A stretch of 63,555 nucleotides of DNA, filler included, from Atractiella rhizophila (taxonomy: Eukaryota), in assembly GCA_021432655.1 (NCBI GenBank). It is 8 parts of 8 records of this genome, joined end to end, with 100 filler letters (N's around TTAATTAATTAA, not from the genome) between each part and the next. Parts side by side here need not be neighbours in the genome. Positions count along the whole stretch, not along the records: positions 9,486 to 18,855 come from MU272115.1; positions 18,956 to 28,316 come from MU272116.1; 6 more parts are not named here. One strand, written 5' to 3'. A program made the translations under genes and the position numbers. The notes under the pieces were generated by a model that had not been told where the DNA came from, ran no database searches, and saw nothing but the letters and a program-made list of their open reading frames with translations. Every line of letters begins with the position of its first letter. The stretch's first letter is position 1. Below, piece by piece: positions 13,258 to 25,600 of the stretch.

Positions 13258-13834
13258 ATGGCTGTAACTTTATGGAACTGTTCATTATAGTTCATTCAGG
13301 ACTCGTTCATCCCTCAGAACGACAATACATCCTGATACAGGAGAACTGACTGTTCTCTTCGGATAAGCAACAATCGGCCCGCACCGGCAGCCCCAAACGA
13401 ATCTTCACTTTCCCTGCGGCAATTCTTTTTGAGACCAGCTCAGCTTTGAATGGCGAGTCATCATCTAGCATCAAGAGGGCTGCTCTCGATGTTGCTGCCT
13501 GTTCTACTCAAGCGTATGTCGCGGAAGCCTATCCTTGAGCCAAGATTGTCTTAAGACCCGTCCCCGTAGTCTGCACGTGTTGAAAGGTGATTAGCCATTA
13601 CATCACCGCCGCAGGACATGCAGGAAGAAAGAGAAAGGGGCGGAAGGAAGAGCTGTCAGAAGCTCGTGTCCTTCCGATGCTAAATGTACCGGCAGCAATT
13701 ATCCCATCGGCAAGGCTGACAAGGTAGGTTCCACGCCGTTCTACAAGAGGAGAACTCTCGTTGAAAGCTTGAAAGACGAAGAAGGTGAGTAGGAATACTA
13801 AGTCAGGTGTCAACAACCGACCCATCCAGATACG

Positions 13835-16513
13835 ATGCCTCCCTCGCGATCACCTTGTTTGGCTTGTCAAACTCGGCAACGGACTTGCCTCCCCTCTGCT
13901 CAAGGCACGAGATGTGCTCCTTGCGCTGTAGAAGATATAACCTGCTCCCTCTTGAAGAAAGCGTCCAAACGAAAACGGGACGACCCGGACGTTGATCCCG
14001 CTCGTAGACGGTTCGTTTTCTTTGGAGGCATACAAGTGAATACTGACACTGAGATTCTAGTTGGGATCTTAACCAGCTCTCGGGAGGGACTTATAGTTCT
14101 TCGAAAGATCTTTACGCTGATATTTCCAAGATCCGAAAAAATGAAAGAAGGAGGCCTGCCTCCACCACCACTGGTCCAGATTCAACTTCTATTCCTGGCA
14201 AAGGCAGAGGTGGCGGTAAAAGGAAGCAAGGCCAAAAGGCATCGGCTTCACGCTCCAAAGATGGGTGAGTGAACGTTAGCAGTGTATTTTTTGATTTACT
14301 TTTGCTGACCATATTTTATCAGAACCGTCGCGCCAGCAGCAAGTACGAAAAGGAATGGTCGCCGTTACGAACGTCTGCTTCACAAAGTTGCCGAAGGGGT
14401 TGTACAAACGATGGAACTTGGAGATTCGTCTCTCGACTCCCAACTTGGAATGCATCAACTGGCGATGAGCTTAGGGGATCACCTTTTGAGTTGTGGGTTG
14501 TCGCTACTTTCCCAAACAAGATTCAGTCGGGTGATGCTACGTCCAACAGTGGGCATAGACTACTCACAGACAATTATCAAAGGAATCGGCTCACATCGAC
14601 TCCCCTCTTCTTACACATCGTATCGGCAGCTCAAGACGGAGAATTCCAAAACCATCACGGATTTTGCTGATGTACAGACTCTCATTTGCCGTTCCATCGT
14701 CCTCGGTTAATCTCAAGTACAGATTTGGATCTCCTACGCCTTAATGCTAGGCGTAAAATGGACGACACATTCTGTAAGAGTCCTAGTCCTGAGACAGAAG
14801 AACGCCAACCGACAGAGTCTAGGCGGTTCTAGGTAGCTTGAGTCTGCCTTCGATACCACGAACATCGCTCTTGGAAAAGCCTCTCGATTTACGTTCTCAG
14901 GGTTACCTGCGCCATGGAGTCCGAATGCAGCTGTTACAGCGTTGCGTCATGCTAGCAAGTGCTCCAGACTCGCCTTTGACTGAACACCCCAGCATCAGTT
15001 CCCTTGCCGTCCTTTTGTCCATCATCAGCTCTGCACAAAGTCAATGTTTTGGACATGCAAAACCTCTCATTGCCACAGCTTTCGAGGTGTTCAGAAAGCT
15101 TCGTGAGCGGAAGCTGTCTGCTAAGGAGAACATGGAACTTTTGGAGAGCTTTCAGATGCTTTATGTATGCATTCAGAGTTGGAAAATATAACCAAGCTGA
15201 GCGTAGACGACAGGTGTATGATACCAGCCTTCACATGGCTTACGGAGAACTACCCTCTCTGTGAGCGTTTTGTCTTGCCTTTCGTGCACTCTGCCAACAG
15301 GTGTTTACAGGACAGATGATGTAATTTTAAACTCCCTTCAAGGTCTGGATAGCGATCCAGAAGTCTATATCGACCCATTCTACTTCTCCTCTCATCAAGA
15401 GAGGCTGTTCAAGAACGTTCCTTTCTCCAGTGAGATACATCACTACGCCATCCGGAGGTACTTTGCGTTCGCCCGTTCGTCACCTACTTTCTTCTCCAGC
15501 GGAAACAGTCTGACTTTTATTGCCTCTCTCTGACCTGACACTTATTCAGGTGACAGAATCAAACGAGGGCTGGCGATGTCGGAAGAAGCACAGCATCTTT
15601 GCTTTGAGCTGATGCAGCTATGTGCTAATTACAGAATTTGGCGTCAAAGTACATTCCAGCTCATCCCGGAATCGCTCGAAGAGGTAGCTGATCGGGAGCA
15701 GCCAATCCTCAGATCTGCCGTTGGGGAGGAGGGTTATTCCGCTTCATTTTTCACTCAAGGTCGTGAAGCCAGGATGATGTTCTTCATTGCAGAACTGCTA
15801 GAGCTATGCAAACAGAAGTTTCTCGACAACCCAGCATTCGACGAGATGACGAGAACGGTAGAAATAGCTTGTGATCAACAAGTTCATTTCTGTCTCGATA
15901 TGTTTGCGATCTTGTTGGACAGGAATGAGAAGTTGCCACGGCCAATGCTCGACGAAGGCTTCAGTGGAAAAGTCCACATCGTCTTCACCAACTGTATCGA
16001 CACCAGCTATCTTGTTGGCTGGTCCAGGCGATTTCCAGAACGAAGACCGTTGATCGAGCGGTCAGTGCTGTGTGACAAGCTTCCATCTGACTGATAACGA
16101 ACCTTCATGGCAGACTGATGCAGATTATGAAGCACCTGTCATTCTTTTCGAAAGAGACAGCGGATAGAGTAGCCATTCTTGAGGCGTTAGACCAACCAGC
16201 CACACAGGTATGTATTCATATTACAACAAAGTTTGACGCGCTCACTGTTCTGTTACAGAGTCAACAGGAAGCCGAAATACCTCATAGTTCGACATCAAAT
16301 CCAGATGTTGAGGATTTGAGGACCCATAGAAGAGATGTGCGATCACAAACTTTGGATTCGTTCACAGGCACTCCGTCTCCCCATCAGTTTTCGCCAGGTT
16401 TAAGAACCGATATCCGAAGTCCCTCTCCTTCGATCTGGGACTTCCACAACACTCTCAAGGCTATAACGAGTCCGGCCAGTGAGACTCCGAGTGCGACTCC
16501 AGGACAGAATTGA
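13835..16513 (+). CDS. Zn(II)2Cys6 binuclear-cluster transcription factor (paralog B), multi-exon
   Basis: N-terminal CLAC-x6-C-x8-CAPC-x6-C has canonical spacing and is followed by a basic NLS-like KKASKRKR. Multiple short GT-AG introns. Confidence 0.8.
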
Positions 16514-16947
16514 TGACGAGAGTGTTCCAGTTCGATATCGTTAGATATTTTATCAAGGCCTGTATAAAATGTTTGTTGACTGATCGAGAGCCCAAGTTAT
16601 TCCAACCCATTTTATATCCTCTGACAACTAGAACCCAGCTCCTATTTCCTTGTTACGATGATATCCGTCAAGTTGCATATCGATGAAATGCTAGGTTGAC
16701 TGACACGAAGGAAGGTAGAACGCGATAAATTTACGTATAAGAACCTGGTACCAATATTTCACACTGAACAGGAATCCCAAAAGTTGATGGAACCGGCTTT
16801 AAAATCGATCAAGGAAAATCAGATACACGAAAACAAAACTGGATTGGTCATTGAAGTGGTAAGGTACTACCGATAAACCCCATAAACCATCACTCTCCTC
16901 AAGTATCCAGGTTGAATGTAACATTCCCTTGGAAAGACATCGGATCA

Positions 16948-18855
16948 TCAGTCACTGTCTTGAGTACCCTTCCTATTCCACCATTGCTCCTCTTGCGGAG
17001 TCTCCGTGATGACATTCTCTAAACTGGGAGCTGGAGTTTGATGGACATTATGAAGGACCGTTCTCAGGAGGGTATTACCTTCATCGGGCTCTCTGAAAGA
17101 CTCCGTGCGTTCGTTCGTCAAAGCGAGGATGGTTTTCTCCCCCTTCAATTTGGACCACTCCTTTGTTTTCATCTGGGATTGCGAATCCGAACGATGAGGC
17201 GTATCGTAGAGGAGGGATGGCACTGCAGCTGGGGTCGATATGGGAGAGTGAACGAATGGCTTCTCGGTGTACGCCGAAGTGAATCCACGCGTAGTATCGT
17301 TCGCAGAATCTCTGACCGTCCGAAGATCGGAGTCACCAGTGACGATTCGTCCCACGGATGTCTGATTGAGGAGGTATCGGACTATTTCCATGTCAACTGG
17401 TCAAGACGAGGACGAGAATGAGGATAGATGACGAACAATATTCCAACTTAACCTTTCCAGTGACAAGGACAAAGATAGCATAAAGCATCAACGGTGTCCA
17501 CAGCGCGAGCAGCAAGAACGCTGGGATAGCCCAAACTATCTTATAGGTGATTGTTTTGTCAATGGCTGTAATCGTAAGCTTGTCCGCATAGCTGGTGCCA
17601 ACGACGTTGTTTGCTGCAATATTGGAGAAAATGAGGTTCGAGATCCTCTCCTGTATCATGGTATCATCAGAGATAGTTTCCTCCGGGGAAGACATGAGAA
17701 CTAACAGGAGCGGTCTCGAGGTTGTCTAAGTAGTAATTCTGCCACTTCGCCATAAGTGCGTAACTGGAAGTGCCACCATATTGCTATCACATACGTTAAG
17801 CCATCCGTGGTGTTGACTATAGGCACTTACAAAAATGTCTTCTCCACCATTCCAAGCTACAGTGCCGGTAGAAGTATGAAGAGTGCTCCACGCTTGTCCA
17901 AACATAGCACTCGCTAATTCGTTATCATGAGTGATTGTCAACTTATGAAGAAAGAATTGAAGTCGTTCGCACCTTGAAGGTCACTGGTACCCCAAATATC
18001 TGAACTCCCAGCTGGGACATAGAGCCAATCAGCCCTGTAAGTAAACAGGTCTGGATCGTTCTCCCTGTGACCTCATGTCAGTCCCAAAAATCGTGTCCAG
18101 ACAGATTGTGAACCATTGATCATTGACCCTCCCATAAACCGGGTCGATCTCACCAATCAGCCACCCGTTGAGATTCTCCATTCCCCAAAGAACGTTCCTC
18201 TGAATGTTCTCCGGGTCTCGTTTAATCTTCAAATTTGAAACGTTCTGATCGGTCCCATTATAACTGAACTCAAGCGTTTGGATCGCCATCCTGGTGGTGG
18301 AAGCGCAAACGTGGATGGGCTGAGACCACGTCACATTTGCCTGTTGTCGGTTCTGATCTCCATGATCCATACGAGTGGGAGGACCGATGATGTAGGAACA
18401 AGATACTATGTAGGGGTTAAGCGACGTAAGCTACGCGGGAGGTCAAGATCAAAAACGAACCAGCGACATTAGTCAAATTGACGTAGTCTGCACCACCGTA
18501 CCCCTGGCAGATCGTTGTCAGACTACTCGCGCTGATGTTGAGTCTTTCTTCAACACCATCAGCGAGTGAGAAGGCACTGCTGAATTCTAGATACTTGAGT
18601 TGACCAGGAAGGGTGAAATTCCATTTTGTCAATTCCATCGCGTATCCTTCGTGCGTCGCGTTTCGAGTAAGATTTCGAGAGGCCATCATGACCGCATTGA
18701 GGGTCCAGGCAGCCTAAATTGGATAATTAGCCTCAGTTGTTTGAAGGGAAAGCCCAGTCCTGATTTATACCTTGTACGAATGCTGAGCCAGAGGTATGTG
18801 TTGACCATCTCGATATTCGTCAAACTCTGGGTAGTCATGCGCCCTGTGTCACACC
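16948..18855 (-). CDS. Uncharacterised fungal membrane glycoprotein, 3' part (5' end truncated)
   Basis: Chain of minus-strand exon ORFs with many N-x-S/T sequons, then a TM segment WAIPAFLLLALWTPLMLYAIFVLV followed by LLNQTSVGR. The 3' end is approximate. Confidence 0.65.
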
Positions 18856-18955
18856 NNNNNNNNNNNNNNNNNNNNNNNNNNNNNNNNNNNNNNNNNNNNT
18901 TAATTAATTAANNNNNNNNNNNNNNNNNNNNNNNNNNNNNNNNNNNNNNNNNNNN

Positions 18956-19119
18956 TCAGTGTACTTTGGGTCAATTATAGTGTTGAAAAGCGCATTTTTC
19001 CATTGCAAAACCACTAGTTGCTGCTCTAGTTCTTTTTCACTAAACTGCTTTGGTGTTTGCCCATCAAACGTTTATTCTCAACTTCGAACTCTCCCTCTAG
19101 TCCGGGATAAGCGACTTCA
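18956..19119 (+). repeat. 5' LTR (only the last ~164 bp; truncated by the contig start)
   Basis: Matches 27875-28037 with 7 substitutions and 1 indel; ends ...CTTCA. Confidence 0.93.
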
Positions 19120-19121
19120 TT

Positions 19122-19139
19122 TGGCATTCAGAGAGAGGA
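19122..19139 (+). promoter_or_regulatory. Putative primer-binding site
   Basis: TGGCATTCAGAGAGAGG begins 2 nt after the LTR-terminal CA. The TGG is complementary to tRNA CCA. The primer was not identified. Confidence 0.55.
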
Positions 19140-19625
19140 ATTTGTTACTTTACTTTTTATCTTTGATTATCATTTGTTTGATCACCCAACCTTGACAGGA
19201 ACGAGAGATTTGACCGCACTGGGTTCGCCTGGTCAGTTGAAGCTCAAGAAGAACAAGAACGGTAGACGACTCACGATGGCAATTGAAGGCCTCCGAGCAC
19301 ATGTGGACAACTCGTCAGCAAACCATTTCCTAAACCTAGAAGAGGTTTTGGGATTGGTAGAAGAGGTAAGCGAGTGCTCGAGGATTGGCTGAAGATGATA
19401 TTGAACGAACAGAAGAGGAAATTTCCTTTAAACCAGTCAACAACCAAATCAAACACACTGAAAATTATGTACCTCAGGTGACAAAAACCAACATGAGTTC
19501 AATCATTAAACTGGCAAAAGGAATTCAATTTGATGAAAGTAAAATCCCGGAGAGCTTGAAAACGTTGGAGGACAGGATAGCAATACGGGAAGAGGAGGAC
19601 CAGAAGAAAATTTTGGATAGCCTAA

Positions 19626-19737
19626 AAGTAAAAGTGTTTTTGGAATGTGTGGACATCGGACATCAAAAAGCCAGTGTGGGGAAGTAAAAGTGTTTTTGGA
19701 ATGTGTGGACATCGGACATCAAAAAGCCAGTGCGGGG
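19626..19737 (+). repeat. 56-bp tandem duplication in gag
   Basis: AAGTAAAAGTGTTTTTGGAATGTG...GCCAGTG(T/C)GGGG occurs twice with one mismatch. Confidence 0.95.
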
Positions 19738-22411
19738 ATGGCAAGAGTTCAAAGATGGAAATTGGGAAGGTCTGAAAAGGAGAGCGATTGAGACATGGGC
19801 GCCTAACCTTGGAGAATTCGAGTACACCCGGAGGAGCTTGGAGAAATAGGCAAATCAGTTTATCAAATCCAAACGATACACTAAAGAGAAGGTAAAAACT
19901 TATATCTTAAAATATCAGGAGATCTTTGACTCCTTATTGGAAAATGACCAGATCACAGAAGCGGAGGCTTAATACTTCTTCTGGGATTTGTTACCGGAAA
20001 GCATCCAGGAGGTCATTAGTGAAAGGAAGAAGCGTGAGGAGGAAATGAAAAGGATAAAGGAAGAGACAATGAAAACAATGGAAGGAACTGACAAGAGAAG
20101 GAGAAGGAGCGTACCAATGGTTGACAAAGTTTGGGAGTATATCAAAAGAATAATGGAAGAAGAGGAGGACAGAGAGTACGGGAGGCACGAGCCCTGGAAA
20201 GGATATTATGGGGGAAAGAGCCGCAATGTGAGTCTGAGATTGGAAAGCTGGGATAGTGACAGTGAGGGATAGTGACAGTGAGGATGAATCTGAAAGCGAA
20301 GAAGAGGAGGATAGGTAAAAACAAACCAAGAGCAAGGAGAAGGGATCTATGATGAAAGTTAATGAGATTAAAATCCAAACAAAGGTAGCTTCACCTACCA
20401 TTCCAAAACCAGATGATGCCTTTCAAGCGCTTCAAGACCAAATTTCGAGTTTGGCTCAAACAGTGGGAAGCCTTCAGTGTCAACTTCAGGAGAATGTGGG
20501 GCTAGGAGGGACTGGAGGAGGATGGAATAATAACTAGAATGGTGGAGGATGGAATAATGGTGGGAGAGGAGGATATGGTAACAATAACTGGAGAGGAAGA
20601 GGTGGAGGATATGGAGGAGGGGTTGGACGAAACAACGGACCCCAAACGAATCAAAATCAGCAAGAGACCCCCGCGACTTGAACGAATACAACCCCTTTAC
20701 CAGCCAAACCAGAAACGACGAGAGAGAAAACAGCAGCTATTGTAGAAGTGCCTGCAACAAACAATGCTCAGTCGACATTGTCTGCCAGTAACGTTCATTT
20801 ATCTTGGAGTCCACCAGCTTTAGGAACTCGATTCGAAACAGGTGTTATCATCTCAGACCAAAAGGAGGAAACCTACGTTGCTGTGCAGGAACCAGAGCCA
20901 GTCGAAGAAATAAAAATGAAAACAACCATGATGCAGGAGAAGAATACGCCTAGCGAGGAGGATCAAAAAGGGCTCCTACAAATGAAAGAGGAGTTACGAG
21001 TAGCAGAAGTAATAGTGGAAAAATATGCACCATCATTACTGGAGGTACTTCGAAAGGGTGTTGGAAGGAAGATGGTAGATTGTATGTATCTGCAACATCA
21101 CGCGAGGATAGCGGCAGAACAAGCGTTGGAAGAAGAAGAAGTAACTGGACTTTCTAGGGAACGGCGCTTTGCGAAACCTAGGCCATGGCTGGGCGACGAT
21201 ATCCTACAATGATTGATTGTGGCGCTCAAATGAATGGAATGTCAAAAGCAACCCAGGAAGCAATACAAGCAAGCTTATGGCTTACAAGTTCTTATTCTAT
21301 CACAGGAGTCAACGGCCTCACGAGTGCTATTGCTGGAATCGTAGAAAATGTCGACATCAATCTAGGATCTATGACCATTCCTCAGCATTTCTTCGTTACA
21401 CCATCTATAACCCACAGTATTATCCTTGGACAAGCATTCCTCCACGACTCAAAAGCATTTCTGAATTACGATACGCCAGACGATTCTATTATTATTTCGG
21501 TCCGCCAGAGCTACCATCGACTCCATTACAAAATTCCGGCAGAAAACTTGAAGTGGCAATATCGAAACCTAGATGATGTGGCGCTAGGAAAAATTACGAC
21601 TGAATCCATTGAAGAAAAGGAGGAAGAGGTGGAAAACTAAGAGGCTCTTCTTGAAGAAGGCAAGTTTGAGAGGAGAAGAATGAGGAATTGCCTAAACATG
21701 ATAAGAAGGAAATGAGTGGAGAAGTGGTGGAGATATGGAATTGCGAAATCAAGGACAAGGAACCTGGTGAAGGAAGCTGGAGGATCGATGTGACAGGAGA
21801 AGACGACAGAGCGCATTTAATGGTTGCAGCAGGAATCTCTATTCCCAAATAGAAACAGTTGGCAATAAATTTAAGGATTAAAAATGAAACATTCAAGGAT
21901 AGAGAAGATATATAACTCAACACCAAATACAAGACGGTGGACAAGAAAATAAAACCAGTAAAAGTACCAATGCCTCAAGGAGTTAACGCACCAATGTGCC
22001 AGCCACCTTATTCGAGGGACCCTTACAAGAAGCCTTTGACTCCAAGACCACCACCTTTATCCCTGGAGGGCGGTTGACAGAAGACAGACTGAAGATAGTG
22101 AATTTTGGACTGGAAGGATGGCTAAGCAAGGAGGAGCAGAAGTTATTGTGACTGAAGGAGCAAGCTATTGCCTTCGATGTTAGCGAAAGAGGCCTTCTAA
22201 AGAGGATGTATACGAATCCACAAATTATCCCAACCGTACCACATGAACCATGGCAAGAGAAACCTATTCCTATTCCAATCGCACTTAAACCAGCAGTCAT
22301 CAAGTTAATCAGAGAACGAATTCGAACGGGACTTTACGAACCTGCTGCGTCACCTTATTCATCATCCTGGTTTGTGGTTGAGAAAACGAATGGGAAGATC
22401 TGAATAGTGCA

Positions 22412-22693
22412 TCCTTACCTCGAAAAGCCATCCGTTCTTGGCATGAGTCATAAAACGCACTTTTGAGCGTTCATACCTCCCTCACCAGGCACATTGAAGC
22501 AAAATGAGTTATACTATCTTACTGTATATGCTTGCGCCTTCCTGAAGCTGCAACGAAATTTTATTTTGAAAGGGTGAAAAAAAGTGTTTTGGAGAGGACT
22601 CGAACCCCATTCTGAGTCAGGGTAGGGTTCAAGGGGCCATGCCTCTTGCGAGTGGGTTGGGGGCCTGAGGGACGAAGGCCTCTGACACACTTG
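22412..22693 (+). mobile_element. 282-bp non-autonomous Helitron-like insertion in the RT coding region
   Basis: Starts TC and ends CTTG, inserted between host A and T, no TSD. GC hairpin at 22660-22682 lies 11 nt before the end. Removing it restores the RT motif IVH-NLQKLN. Confidence 0.75.
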
Positions 22694-25600
22694 TAATCTA
22701 CAAAAACTCAATGGGGTGACAATTAAGGACGGTGGCCTGCCTCCTAACATTGCAGAACATACAGATGAGTGTGTGGGATATGCGTGCATTGGAGCTTTGG
22801 ATATTTTGGGAGGATATGATCAGCAGCAGCTCGATGAAATGACGAGGGACATGATGGCTTTTCAAACGCCCCTGGGACAGTTTCGACTGCGACCATTACC
22901 AGTAGGAGCTACCAATTCCGTCGCGGAATATCAGCGTTGCACCATTTTCATCATGAAAGACGAAATACCAACTTTTACTGTTATCTTTATCGACGATATC
23001 ACGGTTAAAGGCCCTAAAGTCGTTACAATAATGAGGCTTTGCCCAACAATCTAGGAATTCGACGATTTATCTGGGAGTATGCAGTTACGTTAGAACGAAT
23101 ACTTTTCTGATTGAAAGAGGCGGGACTTACAGTATCAGGAGAGAAACTGGCGATTTGCTGCCCATCTGTCGAGATAGTAGGAATGGATTGCGGATATGAA
23201 GAGAAGAGGATAACCACAAGGAAGCGGAACAAAATTTTAGATAGGCCCCAACCAACAGATGTTCACGAATTGCATACCTTTAACGGAGCGGTGACATTTG
23301 TTCGAGTATTCATTCCCAAATTCTCAGACGAAACGGTGCCATTGAGGATATTATTGAAGAATAAACAAGAATGGTTTTGGGGGAAGAAGTAACAAGAGGT
23401 CCTCGAAAGGCTGAAACAGATAGTTGGAGCAGACATCCTTCTGAAGGCACCAAATGGAGGTCCAGGAGTGGGAAAGATTATCTTAATGGTGGATTCAAGT
23501 CAAGTTACAGCAGGAGGAATTTTGGCACAGGAGGATGAATGTGGAAAGCCACAACCGGTCAAATACGAGTCAATAAGTTTCACAGAAGTCGAGAAGAGGT
23601 ACTCACAATCGAAGCTGGAACTGGCTGGGGTGGCAAAGATATTTGTGAAATTGAGACATGACCTCTAAGGAACTCACTTCACGCTTGTCATTGACGCTAT
23701 ATCTCTACTGCAGATGATAAACTCACCCAACCTTCCAAATGCACCAATGGCACTATGGAATGCCTTTATTCATCTCTTGATATTCGATATTAGATATCAT
23801 CCGGGGGCACAATTCCTTTTACCAGACGCATTATCTCAAGTAGCAAGGACAGAAGATATGGTAGAGGAAGAGGAAAAGATAGTGATTGGGAATCTGCAAC
23901 TTAATGTCAACCAACTGGAGCGGCAGGGGGTCAATTTCAACTCACACAACTATCCAGATACACAATTCACAGCGTTAGAACGATTTCTGCAGACACTTCA
24001 GCGAATGGACGATATTTCAGATAAAGCATTCAAAAGGGTTAAACGGAGAGCCGGGGATTTCTTCTTACAGGAGGGAGAACTGTAGCAAAGGAAGGAATAT
24101 GGGATTCATGTTAGGGTAGTCGATAGGGAAGAAGAACGTAGAGCATTTGCAAGATCAGTACATGAAGACTTGGGCCATCGAGGACAGCAAGAGACTTACA
24201 GAAGGCTGAAATCAAGAGGATGGTGGCCTGGCATGAAGAGATGGGTTGGGAAATACGTTCGGAGCTGTGATGCATGTCAGAAAAATGCAAGAACGACTGA
24301 GGAAGAAACGCACCAAGCAACTGTACCCATGGGTATTGGTATTTTTTCAAAGGTTGGAATGGACGTTGTGCATATGGGAGTGGGACCATACCCCTACTTA
24401 TTGTTATTGAAGGATGATTTGACTGGTTGGCCAGAAGGGAAGGCATTGAAAAGGATTCGAGCAAAGAATATTGCGAGTTTTGTGGAGGAAGTGAAATGGC
24501 GATGGGGATTGTTTGGATGCTATGTTGTGGATGGAGGACCTAAATTTCGGGGAGAGGCGAAGGTAGCAATTTTAATGAGCGGGAGCAAATACATCAATCC
24601 AACACCTTACCACTCAGAAGCAAATGGACGAGTCGAGAGAGGGCATCAGGAAATCATAAAAGCAATTGAGAAAGCCAGTATCGACAGACCATGGGAATGG
24701 CACCTACACCTCAACAGGGCATTATTTGCGGAACGAGTATCAACCCAAAGGACTACAAACCTGTCACCATTCCAACTACTCCCTGGGTGTGAATCATTAC
24801 TACTGGTTGACTTCGAGCTTTTGACGTTTTATATATCCAAATTCGAGGAGACTATGTCGAGGAAGGATTTAATTGTGGCAAGGATGAGGCAAATCGAGGT
24901 ACGAGATGAGGATCTAGAAAGGGTGGTCAGGAAATTAAGAAAAGCCAGGGAGGAAGGGATGACATACCTTGATCGACGAAATGCACCTAAAATTCGAGAC
25001 CCTGTGGAGCTGGGAATGCTAGTTTTGAAGCAGAATGCAAGGTTAGAAATGGCTCACAGCAAGAAGCTATGCACAAGATGGTTTGGACCCTACAAAATCA
25101 GGGAATGAAAGGACAGGGGATCTTATTTGTTGGAGGAGTTGGATGGGATGGCAATCGATGGATTAGTGGCAGCAAAACGACTTAGACGGTACTACTTGAG
25201 GAAACAATTGGTGGAAGAAGGCACAATAACAGCCGTGGTGGACGATGGAGAGGGTGATCTGGTCGAAGAGACTCTAACGGCTTGGGGGAAACGGAGCATT
25301 GAGGAGGAACGTGAGAGGGACGAAGAGGAGGAGACAGATGAGGAAGGCTTAAACTCACAAAATAAAGACGATCCGGGACAAAGGAAAGCTACACAACCAT
25401 CAAAGGAACAGTTGGCTTAGACTGGGGGGCCAGTCGTGAAAACTGGAGGGAGGATGTATACATTGCGGCGAAACCCAAAGAAGAAACAGCTGGATGAAGA
25501 CCATGTTTGGGGATAAATGGAGGACATGGAAAAATACAAAAATAACAAAGGAAAAATAATAACACCCTAGAAAAACGAGGAAAATATATACCAGAAATAC

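Noticed and set aside
19626..19737. Direct repeat as a possible CRISPR-like unit
   Set aside because: Two adjacent copies with no spacer, inside a eukaryotic retrotransposon gag.
22577..22660. Intact tRNA gene on the minus strand
   Set aside because: Only a T-arm/B-box is present; I could not build the acceptor, D and anticodon stems.
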